NCBI GenBank assembly: GCA_051362555.1 | Contig: CM120644.1 | Span: 7,510,954 to 7,574,953, forward strand | Length of the DNA: 64,000 nt | Direction of reading: 5' to 3' | Source of the DNA: Lingula anatina | Lineage: Eukaryota; Animalia; Brachiopoda | Part shown: piece after piece, positions 14,301 through 28,989 of the stretch | How the letters are laid out: each line of letters starts with the position of its first letter | Position numbering within the stretch: the stretch's first letter is position 1 | Made by a program: the position numbers and the translations under genes | The notes under the pieces: model-generated | What the model was told of the DNA's origin: nothing | Databases searched by the model: none | Seen by the model: the letters and a program-made list of their open reading frames with translations, nothing else

Positions 14301-17300
14301 CTGGACACATCGTTTTTACAAAATGGAAAGGAGAAAGAAAGGGCAAACTGTGTGATTTTGCGTGTGCGTGTGTGTTGTTTCAATACGCACTGAAAGCAAC
14401 GGGGAAGTTTTAAAATAGACAGACGTCTTCTTTGCAAGTAGGCCTACGTAATGTACCGAAAGTATTGGCATATAAAAAACGCCACAGACATATGGTCCTC
14501 ATTACTACCAACTTGAAAGCAGAGACCTTCCACACCTCCATGGTGTATTTTAATCGGAGCAGGTGTTACTAAAGAACGCGGGGAGGCGGCTAAGGATGAC
14601 AGTAATTTATGATGTTGAAAATTCTGGATTGTGACAAACATTTAACCCATCGCAAAGCGTATTGTTTCGTCCAGCATTCTGGAAAATCCACTCTAAAATA
14701 TGCCCCACTGTCTCACAAGCTTCGCCCTTCAACCATCGCCTTCTGCGACTCGCGTGTTTGAAATAAAACATGTGGAATGAATTGCGTTAAAGCGAGCAAG
14801 CATCTGTCGACAGATCTATATCTCGACTAGTAAACACAGAAATGTTATGTCAAAATATTTACTGCTATTAGTAACTCGCGATTTGACAATTTATGTCGCT
14901 TCGAGTCGAAGGGCACAGGCAGTCAGCGGCTACTGTGAAAATCATTTTTAGACGCGGAACGTGCATTACTTACGTTATTAATTTAAGTCTTGTTAACAAC
15001 CGCGCTCTATGCTTTGTAATGTGAGTACTCACGCACAACAAGTATGTACCATCCTATTTACAGTTTAAATTTGAAACAACCACAGGTAACAGTGTAAATG
15101 AACCAGGAAACACAGTATTTCCATATTACTGATAAACGTAGAGTAATATTAATAATTATTACTACATTCCAAACATATTTCATTGACGTTTAAACCTTAT
15201 CAAACAACGTAAAGAATGCACCGATTAATATCAGTTTTCCCGACTTTATGCGTGCGGCTGATATCACAGAGCCTCGCACAAGAGCAACACTGATTTTGAC
15301 ATTATGAGTACCCGAGAAAAGTGTAACATGCACTTCGGGAAGCGTGAAAAATGTTGACCTTTCCAGAAATTCCTTAAGTATCAAACTAGACTTCTCTTTT
15401 ACCTGGAAAAGTATGTTAGCATATCTTTAACAAGTGTCTTTAAGATCCAAGATCCCGTATAACAAAATATTCCATGAAAACTGTTGATGATCCCGAGTCG
15501 GGCCAAATCCTTTGAGCGAACGTTTTGAATGCTAAACTTGATGGTCATAATTTAATAGTCATATCATGTCGTCAGCTATTATACAATATAATATCAAACA
15601 AACATACATAATTTTAGCCCAAAAGTCTGCTATTTTTAACCGTGTAATGTGGTTTTATCAAGAACAGTGTATAAAATACACAAAATTTGAAGTGGAGAGT
15701 TCAGGATTCAGGATTCATTTGAAGGCGGGGCGGCGGTAGTGCCTACAGCAGTACAAAATTCCAATAAAAAGGACTTCTAATATTAAACGGGCACAAAAAT
15801 AGCTGTCGTAATTTCTACTTTGAACTACCCAGTGCACCATCTGCGCAATCTATTTCTTCAATCCAAGATGAACACTAATGGGGAAACGAAAAACGATTTG
15901 TCACGCCTCTTAGCCAGAGAAGCACCCAAAGTCAAAGCTGTATATTCTATTTTCTCCACATTGGGGCGTATCGCATCACTAATAAACAACAGGGTATCGA
16001 CCCCGCGGCTGATGGTAAACCTATCAGAGAACCCGCCCGGAACGCCCCTTCACGGTCTTTGTGCACTGATTGCACTCCACCCCTTCCCGCTTATACATAA
16101 GAAACACTTTCCACGCGGGTCTAGATGATTAAGATTCCGAGAACTACCTAGCTATCTGATTGTCTGCTATCATGTCATCTGGTCGTGCATTCTTATATAT
16201 TTCTTCCAAAATTTTATCATTTAAAACGGATTCAATCTTTCAAACCAGAAATCTGGGTAACTTGCTCAATAAGAGAATTATTACAATAAATTTCTTCAAC
16301 CAAATCAAACTATGCTTGGGGTTTGGATTTCAGTCACCGTGCTAGAACAGGCTGTGCTGTATTATGCCATGGGCTTGAATGTGCAACGTAAGCCTTTCAA
16401 AGGCACCACGAATTTCATTTCAGAAGCCACTGGAAACCCCCTTCTATACACAATATGCTGGTGAACTACAGAAGGGTATGTTGAGGTCTGAGGTGAGATT
16501 CCAGTGACCTCAAAAACTCGGGGTGGTAAGACAGAGCTGGAAAGTCAATCAGACTGGAGGGCATCAGTTTACCTTGAGTGGATCGAATAATCAAAACATT
16601 GACAATTCTACGCATTACAAGGGGCGTGGAAGTTTCACTGTTGTATAATATGTACCGTGGCATAAGCCTGCTCGATCTTGGGTGAAAGTTGTGACGCTTT
16701 ATTTATCTGTTTACTCAATTCATTTATTGGTGTATCTATTGTCTTTGGTGCATTTTGCGATATCTCCTAGCATTTTGGAATGGGAAATGTATCCACCACT
16801 TTGGGCGGCTCTATTTTTTTTTTTTTTTTTTTTTTTTTGGGGGGGGGGGAACCCCCAAAACAAATTATCTGACAATTATTCGATAATTTCGAAAAGTTTC
16901 CTCTCCATTTTAGGACATAAAGCTAACGCCGGCTGGATACCAAAGACTAAACCAAGGTTTGGCAATTCTCCATTGGCATAGCGAAACAGGTTGACAGAAA
17001 GGGGGTGTTTTTGATATCCAATTAGCAAGATTTTTTCCACTAATTAGCCCCACGTGATTTAATCATGCAATTTCAGAACGGTCAATTTCATCAGATGCAA
17101 TAAAAACATCGAAATTCGAGAGCATGCATACAGGCGTTTGAGGGTGGTGAATTATGTTCGTGACGATCGGAATTTTGTAAGGAAAGGTTGTAACAAACGC
17201 CTCCGTAGAGGGGTTTTGAAAGAATTTATGAACGAGATGAAATTGATATTTGGGCATTCAAGAAAAAACATCGAAAACCCAATCTAACTCCGTTCTCCTT

Positions 17301-20300
17301 TGACGTGAAGAATACGTATAACACCCCCTGTTCCCAGAACGTACAAGAACCACACGATGACTACCGCTTGGGTGATTTGCGAGGCCGTCGGTAAATTACC
17401 CGTGTTGAACGGCCATCAAGATGGGCAATGAAGGCGTTCGGTTTCTAACGAGCTTCTGTTTCGGTAGGCGGCGATGACAGACCCAAGAGCTGGTTGAAAT
17501 ATCACGCTGGCACCCACCCCGAGCATCACAATAGTCGACTAAACTAGAACAGCGGGAACTGGAGTTGTTAGTGACTTCATTCCAACATTTTGATGATATA
17601 TAGGGCCTATATTTTGGAGACAATCTGAGAATCATATTGTTGATGTACATACAGACAAGTGGCTGGTTCTGTTAAGATGTCGGTGATGAAAGAGGTTTGC
17701 TGATATGATGATGTTCTGAGAATCATGACGTAAATTTATTGATACAACGAGAACCACGGGACCGGTTGTAAACCAGAAAGTTAGACCAAGAAGTGGTTAT
17801 TTATTTCTCAACTGTAAAATTCTGTGTACTACAATTCAACATAAATCCGTAATTGTCAACTGTAATTGAGCTTTTATTGAGTTTATAACAATAGTCATGT
17901 ATTTACTTTATTGCACTGAACTGAAATAACACTGGTTTATTTCGTTGATTTAATTCAACTATTATTTTTGGTTTAAAAATGAAGTGATTTCTTTGGTGAG
18001 ACTGGTTCCATTACCTTGGTTTTCTGGCAGTTGTTAATGTAACACTTTTTTACATGACAAAGACATCGAAATTGATTGACTCTCCTCTGAGAACTGCGTA
18101 TATCTACTTCAACATCCTATTCTGGTATATTTATATCATATAATATTTATCCCCACCTTGCATAAATATTCAACACACATTTGTATAGATTAACAGGAGG
18201 TATGCACTGACACAATTTATTCATTAATTAAAATTGTTGTCTCCGTATCTTTTCTCAATTTATGCAATCAGAGTGAGTAAACTCCTAAATCACCCAATCG
18301 CGTATCTTCTAACATATTTCAGACAATAGGTGTAGCCAAAAGAAATTGAAATGTATTTTGAAAAACGTGATATCAGTGGGAACTCAATTTTGTTAAATAT
18401 CATGGACCAAACCATCTGGTCATAATAACAGACAGACAGAGCAAATAAAACTGTCACTTTTGGGGAAGAATATGTTCTTGAAATATACACCAGTTTTATT
18501 TTAGGGGTTTTTGATGGTCGGTTTTATTTTCCTACTGTATGTACTATCAACGTCTGTTATGCAATCGCTTTCGTAATGGCCCATTGTTCTACCTAAATGA
18601 ATCAAAAACATAAAACAGGTATTGTATGTTGTAGATCGCGCTCGCCCTTCTTTGGAAACAGTTTCATGTATTTCTGCATCAACCTTGCTCAGTTACCTAT
18701 TTGTATGCATAGGTGAAAACAGGGTTTATTTACAATGCATATGTTTTTGAAATGTTTACGATTCGTATATGTACACGACCCAATCACCTTTTAGCAATAG
18801 CTGTAAATATTGCCAGTTATAAAGTATTAAAATATATATATACATGGGGTTATAAACATTGCGCCCAATCATGCCAATGGCCCATTCATGGATGGGTTGG
18901 GAAATTTCATTTTAAATAACATTTTGGGTGTCATACATTTCGCTAAAGGTTGCTAAAAATACTTACATCACAAACTGAACAAGCGAAATGGAACAACATA
19001 ATTTTGTACTTCATTAAGCAGGAATAAATGTAAACGTATCTCTGTGAGAAATTTCGTCCAAAACCGACAGCAATCTGTCGACAATACCACATTTTATTGA
19101 GATGTTTCCTGTAGGTCATCTTTATTACGATTTTGATTCACACGCTGTTATCTTTGTTCTGACCCATTGTTTCCCGATTCTAATATATTACCATCCGTAC
19201 TGTACACGATTTTGGACACAATAAAGCCAATGTTGGACCTTTTGCCTCTATTTTACAGAATTTTCCCACGCGGTCGTGAAATTCCTGGATGAATCAGGTG
19301 CAAAAACCAACAGCTGTGCTAAACTGTGTTAAGAGATTGTAAGAATGGAACCTCTGGAACAAAGCTTAGGCATGGGATAGACGCCATACTGAAAAAGGTT
19401 TGACAACTTTTTCTAAGCGTTTTCTATTTTACTGTTTGGTGGTAATCGTTATCAAGTTCTGTAAATTCTACGATGAACTGATGGTAATTTTGGTTAAAAT
19501 CGTTAAAAATTTATGTAAATTTTTATCTTAGATATCTTATATCCAGGACAAGGGCTTTACGGTAAGGCATGAGTAACGTGTACATGAGCGGCGGCAGGGT
19601 GATTACTCAGTTGACCGTGTCCATATGATGAATTTGTAGATGAAATAAAGAGCATTTAAAGTCATACACTCGCCATTTTTCATTCAGGAAGACCACATCA
19701 ACCATATAATTGCACGGCGACCAAAAAAAAACCATTGATATATTCTGTTTAAAAAAGAAAAATATAATTTTCTTTGCAATGACTGGCAACCACTGTCATT
19801 TAGCAATTTTATCACAAATCTTTAGTCTATCTTCACGAGGTGCAGATACAAAATGTGCCATTTCTACTGCACGTGCGAAACAGTCAGTCGGCCGGATCAG
19901 CCAAGCGAGTATGGAGAACCCGCGGCGCACTGTTTATTATCCTTCACGCTAACAAATTGACTTTATCTCAAGGCAACATTGCGAGAGGTTTAAGCCTTTC
20001 ACGCTCCTTAGGTCTCTTTTTCGCTAACAAGTCTGCCGATTTGTAGCCTTTATGATGGATAACGTTAACGAACGCACTTTCTGAATTTAATAAGTCTACA
20101 CTTGATAATATATTATCAGTCCTGGGGTACCTTGTTATTGCTGGGATTCGTTCCAGCTGAATGTAATCTTGCTTTTCTAGGTACCCCTGTAGGCCTAACC
20201 TTCAGCTTCTTAAAATTCTGACAGTCGAGCAACAAATGGATAAGTATTGTGCATTTTTTAGACAATTGAAAATCTAGGAATTATTGGTACCACTTCTGTA

Positions 20301-20595
20301 AATGCAAATATCGTTTAAAGATAGCGGTTTTTGAAAAAGTATCGTAATGATGTCTGTTGTTTTCACTGTGTCAGCAATAATTTCTGATGTTTTGATGGCT
20401 GTGGAAAAAGCATTAATATATTAGCGGATCATATGTTTTCGGCGTGAGTACAAGTATTTATTTAGAAAAGAAATGTAAGCGGAAAACCTAAATGACGAGC
20501 ATACATTTTACGTTTATTACAATAAGCAAACAATCGCAAATATATAACTGTTCTGGTAAGATAAAAAGAGGCAACTTCCAACTTCGATAGAGTTA

Positions 20596-21724
20596 GGCCA
20601 CACTTTTTTAATTTTATGGATGACATCCTGCGCGCGCACCGATTTTCGTCCGTTCTCCAAAAAAAAAAAAAAAAAAAATCCCCCCCCCAAAACCGCTCCC
20701 CCCCCCCCCCCCCCCCCCCCCCCCGAGGAAGTTGGTTGTCGCAAACATCGTTATTGAATTTGCAGGAAAATGCAATCGGCAATTCTCGGCTAATTCCGCA
20801 AGCTCTTAAGAGATTTTAACAAAAAACCAAACTTTTTAGAAAAAAAACAGGGACTAACTTTGAATGTAAAAATGGATTCATAACCATTGGTAAGTATGGG
20901 AAAATTGTTGTTTACTCCAGGAAAATTCATTTTTTGGCCGAAACGAAGAGTTATTATTGCTTTAATTTCAAAATACACAACAATTAAAGTCATAAAGAGA
21001 ACGGGGGCCGTCTTTTTGGATTGGTTTGCCATTGATATTGGACATGGAGATATCACCCTTTTACAATTATACGAAAGGCTGGCCGCGGCCAGCAATCATC
21101 GCCCGGAAAATTTCAGTGACATTCTGTCCAGAGCAGCACATACCAGTTTCTTTTTGGAGCAAAAAAAGGGTCGACAAGAGCGTCGTGGTATTTGGTGGAC
21201 TGAAGGTCGGACAGGCCACCCGATAGTTGGCTGCTAGCGTTTGAGTCGAAGTAGACAAAATGGCATCGACCGAAATTACCTTAGTAGTAGGAAGCATAGG
21301 CCTATCTTTGCTTCATTTTTTTTAACAATTCTGTGAAGTGTTTACAATGCTTTAATTTTCTGAGAGTACAAATTAAGACACGCTGTTTATTTGATATTTG
21401 TTTTATTGGTTGCTATACCAACAGAATGCATGAAATAACCTTAAATAGATTTGGTATTATGCAGCATATATATTCATGACTTTTTACCTTTCTACGAAAT
21501 AGGCCCTATTCACAAAGCTTTAATATTTTGAGAGCATGGATAAAGACATGTTGTTAGTTTGATACGTGTTTCTGTGGTAAATTAGTGTTTCCAGCTGTGT
21601 ACTGAAAACATAACTTTTCTTAAGCAGTTTTTTTTTTTTTGGACTGTTTTTTTTTTTTTCGCCCGCTCGCACCGACTTTGGGGTCCCCAGAGGATGTCAT
21701 CCATAAAAATAAAAAAGTGTGGCC
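20596..21724. mobile_element. PIF/Harbinger-type (Tourist-like) MITE
   Basis: 34-bp TIRs GGCCACACTTTTTTA(A/T)TTTTATGGATGACATCCT (20596-20629 / 21691-21724) with one mismatch; TTA on both flanks; no coding capacity. Confidence 0.88.
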
Positions 21725-21834
21725 TTATAACAAATAAAAAAGACTCATATGTAAACGTGTTTGAAAATGTCCCTAACTCATTTTTATGTCTAGATATCCT
21801 AGACAGCTACTCATCTTTTCCAATGCAGACCAAA

Positions 21835-22084
21835 ACAAGAAAAGCACTCAGAGAGCGGAGACCTCCGCCAAGCCAGCAATTTTTTATTATTGATTGATTA
21901 TTGATCCGGATCACCACCAAAAACTAATCACTTCTAAATTAACCCATTTTCGACCTACCCTGAAAATTTCATCAAAATCGGTCCATAATATTTTGAGTTA
22001 TGTTGATGACAAAAAAACAAAGAAACAGACAGACAGGCAGACAGACAAACAGGGGTGAAAACATAACCTCCTTGGCGGAGGTAA
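21835..22084 (-). mobile_element. Short DINE-1/HINE-like element (~250 bp)
   Basis: Subterminal inverted repeats ACCTCCGCCAAG (21861-21872) / CTTGGCGGAGGT (22071-22082), adjacent partial inverted repeat ACCTCC-TTGGC-GGAGGT, (GACA)n microsatellite at ~22025-22047. Confidence 0.75.
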
Positions 22085-25000
22085 TAATAATACCCTACAA
22101 ATAAAACTTCTCAGTGTTGACATTTCCTCCAGAAATAGAAATTGTATGAAACATCGAATCTAAGGGCAGGGGTTGGTCGAGCAATTATTTTTCTAAAGAC
22201 AAATTAGATTTGTCGCGAAAATTGCGTGTCAGCAATACTATCAAATCCCTTCAATGTCTACACATTTGTATTTTTTTCTGTGTAGCCTACTTATTTTTTA
22301 AATAGACAATCTAAATATCTATAAGTAATTCAAGCAAAATACGCACCGATTTTCGTATTAAAGTTTTAATACATATTTGTCCCTCTAACTTTCAGAATTT
22401 TGTTTTCGGACTCTTTTCATTTGCAATAGAGTTTCTACGTCGTTCACTAATATAGCAAGCTACATCCTCGCGCCACGTGACATGACCCGTAGAACAGAAC
22501 CACCCTCCTTTCATAAAGAGTTCCATAAATCAAGAGGATCCGGGAATCACCTGCTTGGGATCGTCCGGTTCGTGTTCAGCAAGATAGGTTTTCAAGTTTT
22601 ACTTCTTTGAAGACAGTCTCTAAGCCGTGTCTAAAGGTATTAAGTATCTTACTTGTAACGCTTAACGTTCCACAGCAAAAGAAAGTCAGCCATGTCAAAA
22701 TGGATGATTTCAAAGGGTGCCAAAACTTCAACATGAACATTTCCCAACATTTTCCGGAACTGCTTAGTTATGATAGATTTGCGGAATATAACGAATTCAA
22801 ACGAGTCAGCTTTTAAAAGCAAATAAGCTTCTACACTGTAGACAGCTATTAAGAACGCAGCAAATGATGAGAAGACCAAATCATAAATATCAGTAAAAGT
22901 TGGCCTACGTATACCCCTGTACGAGAGACTACCTTGGATAATTTTATACGATAACGCATCTTTAACAACATGCAAATAAATTAAAGAAATAGAAAGAAAA
23001 TATGCCCTCTCACATAACATGTGCTTGGATTACGCTGCCTATTTTGGTGCTCTGCCTTTTTGTACCTTTCCTCGGTCCATTAACCAAGAACAAAGGGGCG
23101 TACTATCTACATCAGAGAAAGGTACTCTTGTTCGGTACCTTCTGATCGGATGTTCGTTAACAGTTTCCTAATTACAACTCACAGCTAACGTATGAAGCTC
23201 TCAAAACCCTATCTGTCTTTATCATTAATGAGACACGTAGGTCAATATCATTAACAGTGCTATTTCATTTTGTGTCCAGCTATTTTATTCGTGTAATATT
23301 GGTGCGCGAACAGGCATGGGACCAGAGGATGAAATGTAACTAGGACTTCCTATTTAGATTAAACTGCTTCGAAGGTTAAAAAGAACCCTTAAAACACAAA
23401 AATTCTAAGTCTAAATGTTTCTTTCAGAAATGTCTACAAACAAAAAAAGAGCGAAAAATAAAATTAACAAAACCGTGTACTCATAATCTGGTCTGCAAAG
23501 GGGGACAAGACGTGGTTAGGGCGAAAGGAAATAAACTAATTGCGTGACGTACTCGTGCATCTATTTTACAACCCCTTCTTTTGATCATCGGAAGCTATCT
23601 CTGTCATCAAAGTTATCTGCTTCAAACAGCTACTCGGCATTAATATAGTTTCATCAACCACAAAGAGCAAAGATTTACTTTGTCATCGGGGCGCAAAAGT
23701 TGGGTGAACTTCGAATCCCCACGGCTATTACTTTTGACCTTTGACCCTAATGGTAATTGGCCGTTAAAGGCTCCCTTTAGACATTGAGCAAGTAACAGAA
23801 GCCCTACTGTTGAAGCGTTTCATTTTCTGGAAGCAAGTGATTGGAAGTTTTATTGACGTTGACTTCAATAAAGCACGCTTATTAATGTTTTTAAAGGGTC
23901 GTCATTTGCTACAGCTTGTCAGAGGGGTGGCCTGAAATACCTGCTCTTCTGGCAGGCCGCTTTCAGGGCCGTTTTCACCAAAAACGTCTTCTCGTCTGAC
24001 CAGGAAGTAGGCAGTTATGTTTGCACCCAGTACCATGAGCGAGGTGGGCGGGTTGATTGCAGGATGGGACAATTGATTCCAAGACATACAATTGATCAAC
24101 CCAAAACATCTATATCTCGAGCATAGTCTAAAATGATTTTAGTCCAAACGATACTGATCTCTCCCAAAGAGTGTATCTTAAAATCTAAGGGTTACGCCAT
24201 GCTGTGTTGGAATTGATTGTTATACATTTCTTTACATGACAACTGACTCACGGTATCCTACAGTTATCTGTTAATCCTCGTTGTAGATCAGATTTTGACT
24301 CTAGATTATGAAATTCTGACTTTTGATTTTTAACTTCACTTTGTTTGACTGTCTTTTTTATTCGATTTCTTGATTCTCATTGATAGGTATGGGTACTTAA
24401 CTGTACATGTAGGACCTACACTTTAAGCAACACTTTGGTGTTAAATTATGTCACCATCAACAGCATACAACGCGTATCCCGCAGGTCACCAATACTGTAC
24501 AACATCCAACTGACTTTTCAAGTATGTGGAAAAACTCTTGCCATGGCACTGATACCTGAACTCGCCCTGTGCTGCAGACCATGAATGAAAACGGAGCAGT
24601 TCTCGTACTCTAGGTGTTTTTTTATTCCCTTAAAGTTAAAGAACAGGTGCGCAGAGAATTAGGGTTGCTTTGGGTAATTCTCAACCTCAACTAGAAGGCT
24701 ATTATTTAGTCAAGCGTAATGCACTAGCGATGAATATACTAAATCAAACTTGGACTATAATTTGAAAACAAGGTTGCGCTTCTGGCAAGTCAGTGAGGTG
24801 AGCTTTCCACTGATAAATTCAAAATCTTTCACAGAATCATCCTTTCACCCCTAGGCTCTGGGTCAGTTAATAAACTCCCCTTTAAATCGGCATATACATG
24901 ATGGTCATGAGCTATGTAGAGGAGAGTCTCGGTCAGCGATATGAAGCCCAGTCCCCACCCCCCCCCCCCCGGAAAACTTACGAGAACCCTGGACAGGGAG

Positions 25001-28000
25001 TGCATACATTTATCATACCTTCTGACAATGAGATTTATATTCTCTAAATTTGTTTGTTTTGGTTTCTGTTGCCTTTGTTTTCAGCTGTTTGGGGTAATAT
25101 ATAATAAATGTGATGATTTATATACGGACAAATATCTACAAATTCCATCTGCTTGATTATTTCGTCAAGTATTTTATTGCAATTACACAGTATTGAATTG
25201 CCTTCTAACTCCATATTTTCCTAAATAAAAATTTCTCGTTTCTTTCTGTGAAAATAAATTCATTAACTCTCGGTATGCTGTTTCTTCTCTTCTTTTCATA
25301 ATTCCCCGCGTCATTTTACACAGAACAAAGTGCACCTATTTTGTTCTCGTAACAAACTAACGAAGCGTGATAAAAAGTTTACTGGCAAACTTAACAAGCA
25401 TAGTGAGTCCATAGTCAAAAGTGAAATTTGAAGAATTCGGACCCAGTCAAGTCGAGTAACAGAACTGTTCCTTGGTCTTTGTTTATTTTCCTACTTGCGG
25501 TAACGACGGCACTTCGTGATGGCCAACACCACTTTACAACAGTAATTAGTGGAAAGCCGAATCCCAATTATAAGCCATGCGTGGAAAATTAATAGAATTT
25601 TCATCTGCGGCTTGCTCTTTAAAGTACCAAACACTGGCAACTTGGCGAGTTACTCTGCACATGGCAAAACTCATCAAGCTATACGTTTCATGATATACTT
25701 GTTCCGGGCCGCTGCCTAATATTAAGGGTTGTTAATGTGAATACGGTGTACTTGTCTCCAGTCCTCTACCGACCCGCCTACTGCTGTTGAAAATACTACA
25801 GGGAAAGAGATCCTCATTTTAAACCGAATTCATTGTTTTTGCAGCATTTTGACGTCCGTTCTTAACGAAGAGCGTATAACATTTGAAGCCTCTATGAGCA
25901 AGGCACATTAACATTCAGAACGCAACCTCAGCATAAACACTCAGCACGAGTTAGGATGCTTAATTGGGTGAAATGTCATCTACGCGTGGCAAAAGATGCC
26001 GGTTCGGCTTCGGTGACCTACAACTACCTTAATTTTGGTTTTTGAAGTTTTATGTTCTCTACGGACTACTGTGCTTTGTAGAAACCGCACTGCAGGAAGG
26101 CAGGCTCGCTAATTGGGGACGGGAGTAATAGAGGATGGACCGTTGACCTTATTCTGTTTATCTTATCTTCTTCAATAATCTTCCCTCGTTTAGGGATATT
26201 GGCTGTTTGTTTATCTAAATATATCCATCTAAATGATTGGGGCTGATTGGTGTTTAACTTGTAATTGTATCTATCCAGGAAGCCGAATATCAATAAAGTT
26301 AAAATTCACTGACACGTCCTTAATTATATTCAGAAAGACTTATGGATAGCTATAAACTGCTCCTCTCTTTCTCTCTCCCAATTTGATTAAAACTACCGCT
26401 TCTTCCTGTGGATCACCTACACCCATATAAAAAATTAACAACACACCCCCAAGCAACTACAACGCTTAATTACTGCGCCGAGAGTAAACGACACCCCAGC
26501 AACTGCCACATGAAACGCGTAACATTGAAGATAGAGCGAGCATCAACAGATTATCCAGTGGTACACTCCGCTGAAATTCTACGATAATTGTTCGCTAATT
26601 GCCTTCTCGCGTATGTTAGTGAAGAATTCACGATAAAGCAATAACCTTTAACCCAGCATTAATCCCGAATTTCTTCACTTGTCTCTTCCAATTACCTCAG
26701 TGGTTTGAGTTCTGAATGAAACGGTGTACTTTTCGCAGACGATAAAACCCCCGAGGGCAACCTGTGTCAAGACAGGCCGAATAGAGAGACAATTTCTTTT
26801 CAATTAACAGAAACTTCTGATACTTGAAAGGCAAGCTTAGATAAAAAATCAATTTATTTTCTCGACATTTTAATTCATATCTTCTCTGGTGATTTCTTTT
26901 TAACCACACCGCACCAAACACGCAGACGACTCGTGGCGCGCAAAGCACGCGAGAAAATCCCTACGGAGGTGAAATGTCTTAAATTTTCTACGTTTTGCGA
27001 TATTGTTCATACTTTAAATTTTTACAAAAGATTAATTTTCAAAAGGAATTTCAGCTGATAGGGGGCTCACATGTTGCGATCTGAACAACATTGAAAGTGA
27101 AATAAGGGCCTAAGGGAGTATCATGATGTCGGCAAAAAGCGGAAATCCTTCAGATGAAAAGCTGTAGTTTATGGCCGTTTTATGAATATGTGTCTGTATT
27201 CGCCCCGTGAAGCAAGTATTATTTTCGCGTTCTGCTTACATACAACCGGTCGTTTGCAGGGAAAAGGAAAGATGGGAACCCCAAATTTTGGGGTAGGCCT
27301 ACTATATGCAATGGCAGCGTGGGGGTAAAAAAAAGGGGGTAGGAATAATCGTATATCACAGAGACAAAAACGAGGAATCTCAGCAACTTACACTGAAGAT
27401 TATATAGAGTTTGAATTCCTGGAATTTCCAGAATGAGAAAATATTCTCAATGCCAAAAGTCAAAAGCAAGTCTTGAAATCGTTACTGGTGTGTGTGTGTG
27501 TGTGTGTTTTAACAAATGGAAGATGAATGAAAGGACAAAAGGATAAGCGGTTGAGAAGTAGGCACTAATGATAATGTATAATAATTGCCGTGAATGTAAA
27601 AATAAAACAATCAATTACATTTTCATAATTCTAAATATTTCTAATGATTAACATAAAGTTGGAGATTTGACGAGATGAAAATGATTAGAAAATTATATAT
27701 ATTAAGAGGTTAAAATAGCCATTAAAAATTACTATCACTGAGTGAAATGCATCTCTCCTGGTTCACGTCCTCACGAGTCGTTGACAGCAGGCATATTTGC
27801 GAACTAAAATGGCCGCCATGTTTATGGAAATCCCAAGATAGGAAACCTGATTTACTTTCAAAATTATATGGATATCTTTATTGTGATTTAAAATCAATTT
27901 GTTTCACTTCTCTTTTTGGAGCGATTTCTACTTCTCAACTCAAGCATAAATTTAGGTTTGATTAATTTCAGTTTAGTAAATACCATAAACACCACAACGT

Positions 28001-28084
28001 TAATTATTAATTGTATGACTCAAAACTACACATTTACTCACCTGAATCTCTGAGAAATAATCCACACCCCCTTGTCCAATGGGG

Positions 28085-28654
28085 CTAGTGTCCGTTCATT
28101 GACCACGCCCCCTCCATTCGCCACACAGAAAAAGCATAACTCAGTCTTTCGTGGGCAACGTAACTACAGCTCGCCAGTTTATTATCGGCGTCGTCGGAAC
28201 GTAGAACCTGGTACAAAAAGTCAATATATCTCGTCGCCAACTTCAGAGTCTGTATCTTACTGAGTTTGTCTGACGGGAGTGTTGGGATGATTTTCCGAAG
28301 TTGTGCGAAGGCTTCGTTGAGAGATTGAGTGCGCTGACGCTCTCGGACGTTGGCCAGCACGCGCTGGTTCTGAATGTCTTCAAAGGTCTGGGGCACCTTG
28401 CTGCCACTGATGCTACCGGCCTTCTTTCTCTTGATGCCTCCCTCTCCCTGGTTGTCTAAATCCGTCAGCTCAAGGCTGCCACACGAGTCTGGCGACATGC
28501 TTTTACTGTAGGGTCTCTTCCTCGCTAACCGCTTGTCGTCCACAAATTCCCTGGAATCGCCGTTCTCCTGGGAGTCCGAGCTCTGCTGGCTGTTGTCCGT
28601 GTCGTAAGCGTCGCTGTTGTGGCTGATAACAGGCTTCTGCTCCGGTACCATCAT
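28085..28654 (-). CDS. twist: Twist bHLH transcription factor (189 aa from MMVPEQ; CDS in a single exon)
   Basis: b[58 protein letters not shown] and C-terminal WR motif [16 protein letters not shown] are diagnostic of Twist. First in-frame ATG-ATG at 28654-28649; TAG at 28087-28085. The ORF-track extension to 28828 starts at a non-ATG codon. Confidence 0.97.
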   Translation of the reverse strand: MMVPEQKPVISHNSDAYDTDNSQQSSDSQENGDSREFVDDKRLARKRPYSKSMSPDSCGSLELTDLDNQGEGGIKRKKAGSISGSKVPQTFEDIQNQRVLANVRERQRTQSLNEAFAQLRKIIPTLPSDKLSKIQTLKLATRYIDFLYQVLRSDDADNKLASCSYVAHERLSYAFSVWRMEGAWSMNGH

Positions 28655-28989
28655 ATCGGAAAGAAGTCCTGGAATTCTGAGGGCCACTGAGTTCCTTTCA
28701 CTGTACAGGTGATTTCCTAGAAACAGTTCAGATATTATAATAAAATCTGAGTCTGTGGTGTTGGCGTGGTCGAGGACCACACGACCATAGAGGATAAATA
28801 TAGACGCAGACAAACACCGGCCGAACACTGCTCGAGTCTGTAACGTTTCTCGGTTTCAACTGAACTCCCGTCACAGCGGGTCGCCGTCAGATACGATCGC
28901 AGCTGAGAGTTTTTTACGTTGCAAAAAAACTTGACTCCTCTCCTCGACCGTGTTCTAATTCTGAAAGCACTCGATGTGTTTCCTGCTCT

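Noticed and set aside
22607-22816. ORF with HFPELLSYDRFAE, reminiscent of an IS982 transposase motif
   Set aside because: Only a short motif recalled from memory, with no DDE domain or inverted repeats; likely chance. An HMM search would settle it.
28655-28828. 58-aa N-terminal extension of Twist in the ORF track
   Set aside because: Starts at a non-ATG codon and has no Twist-like sequence; most likely 5' UTR.
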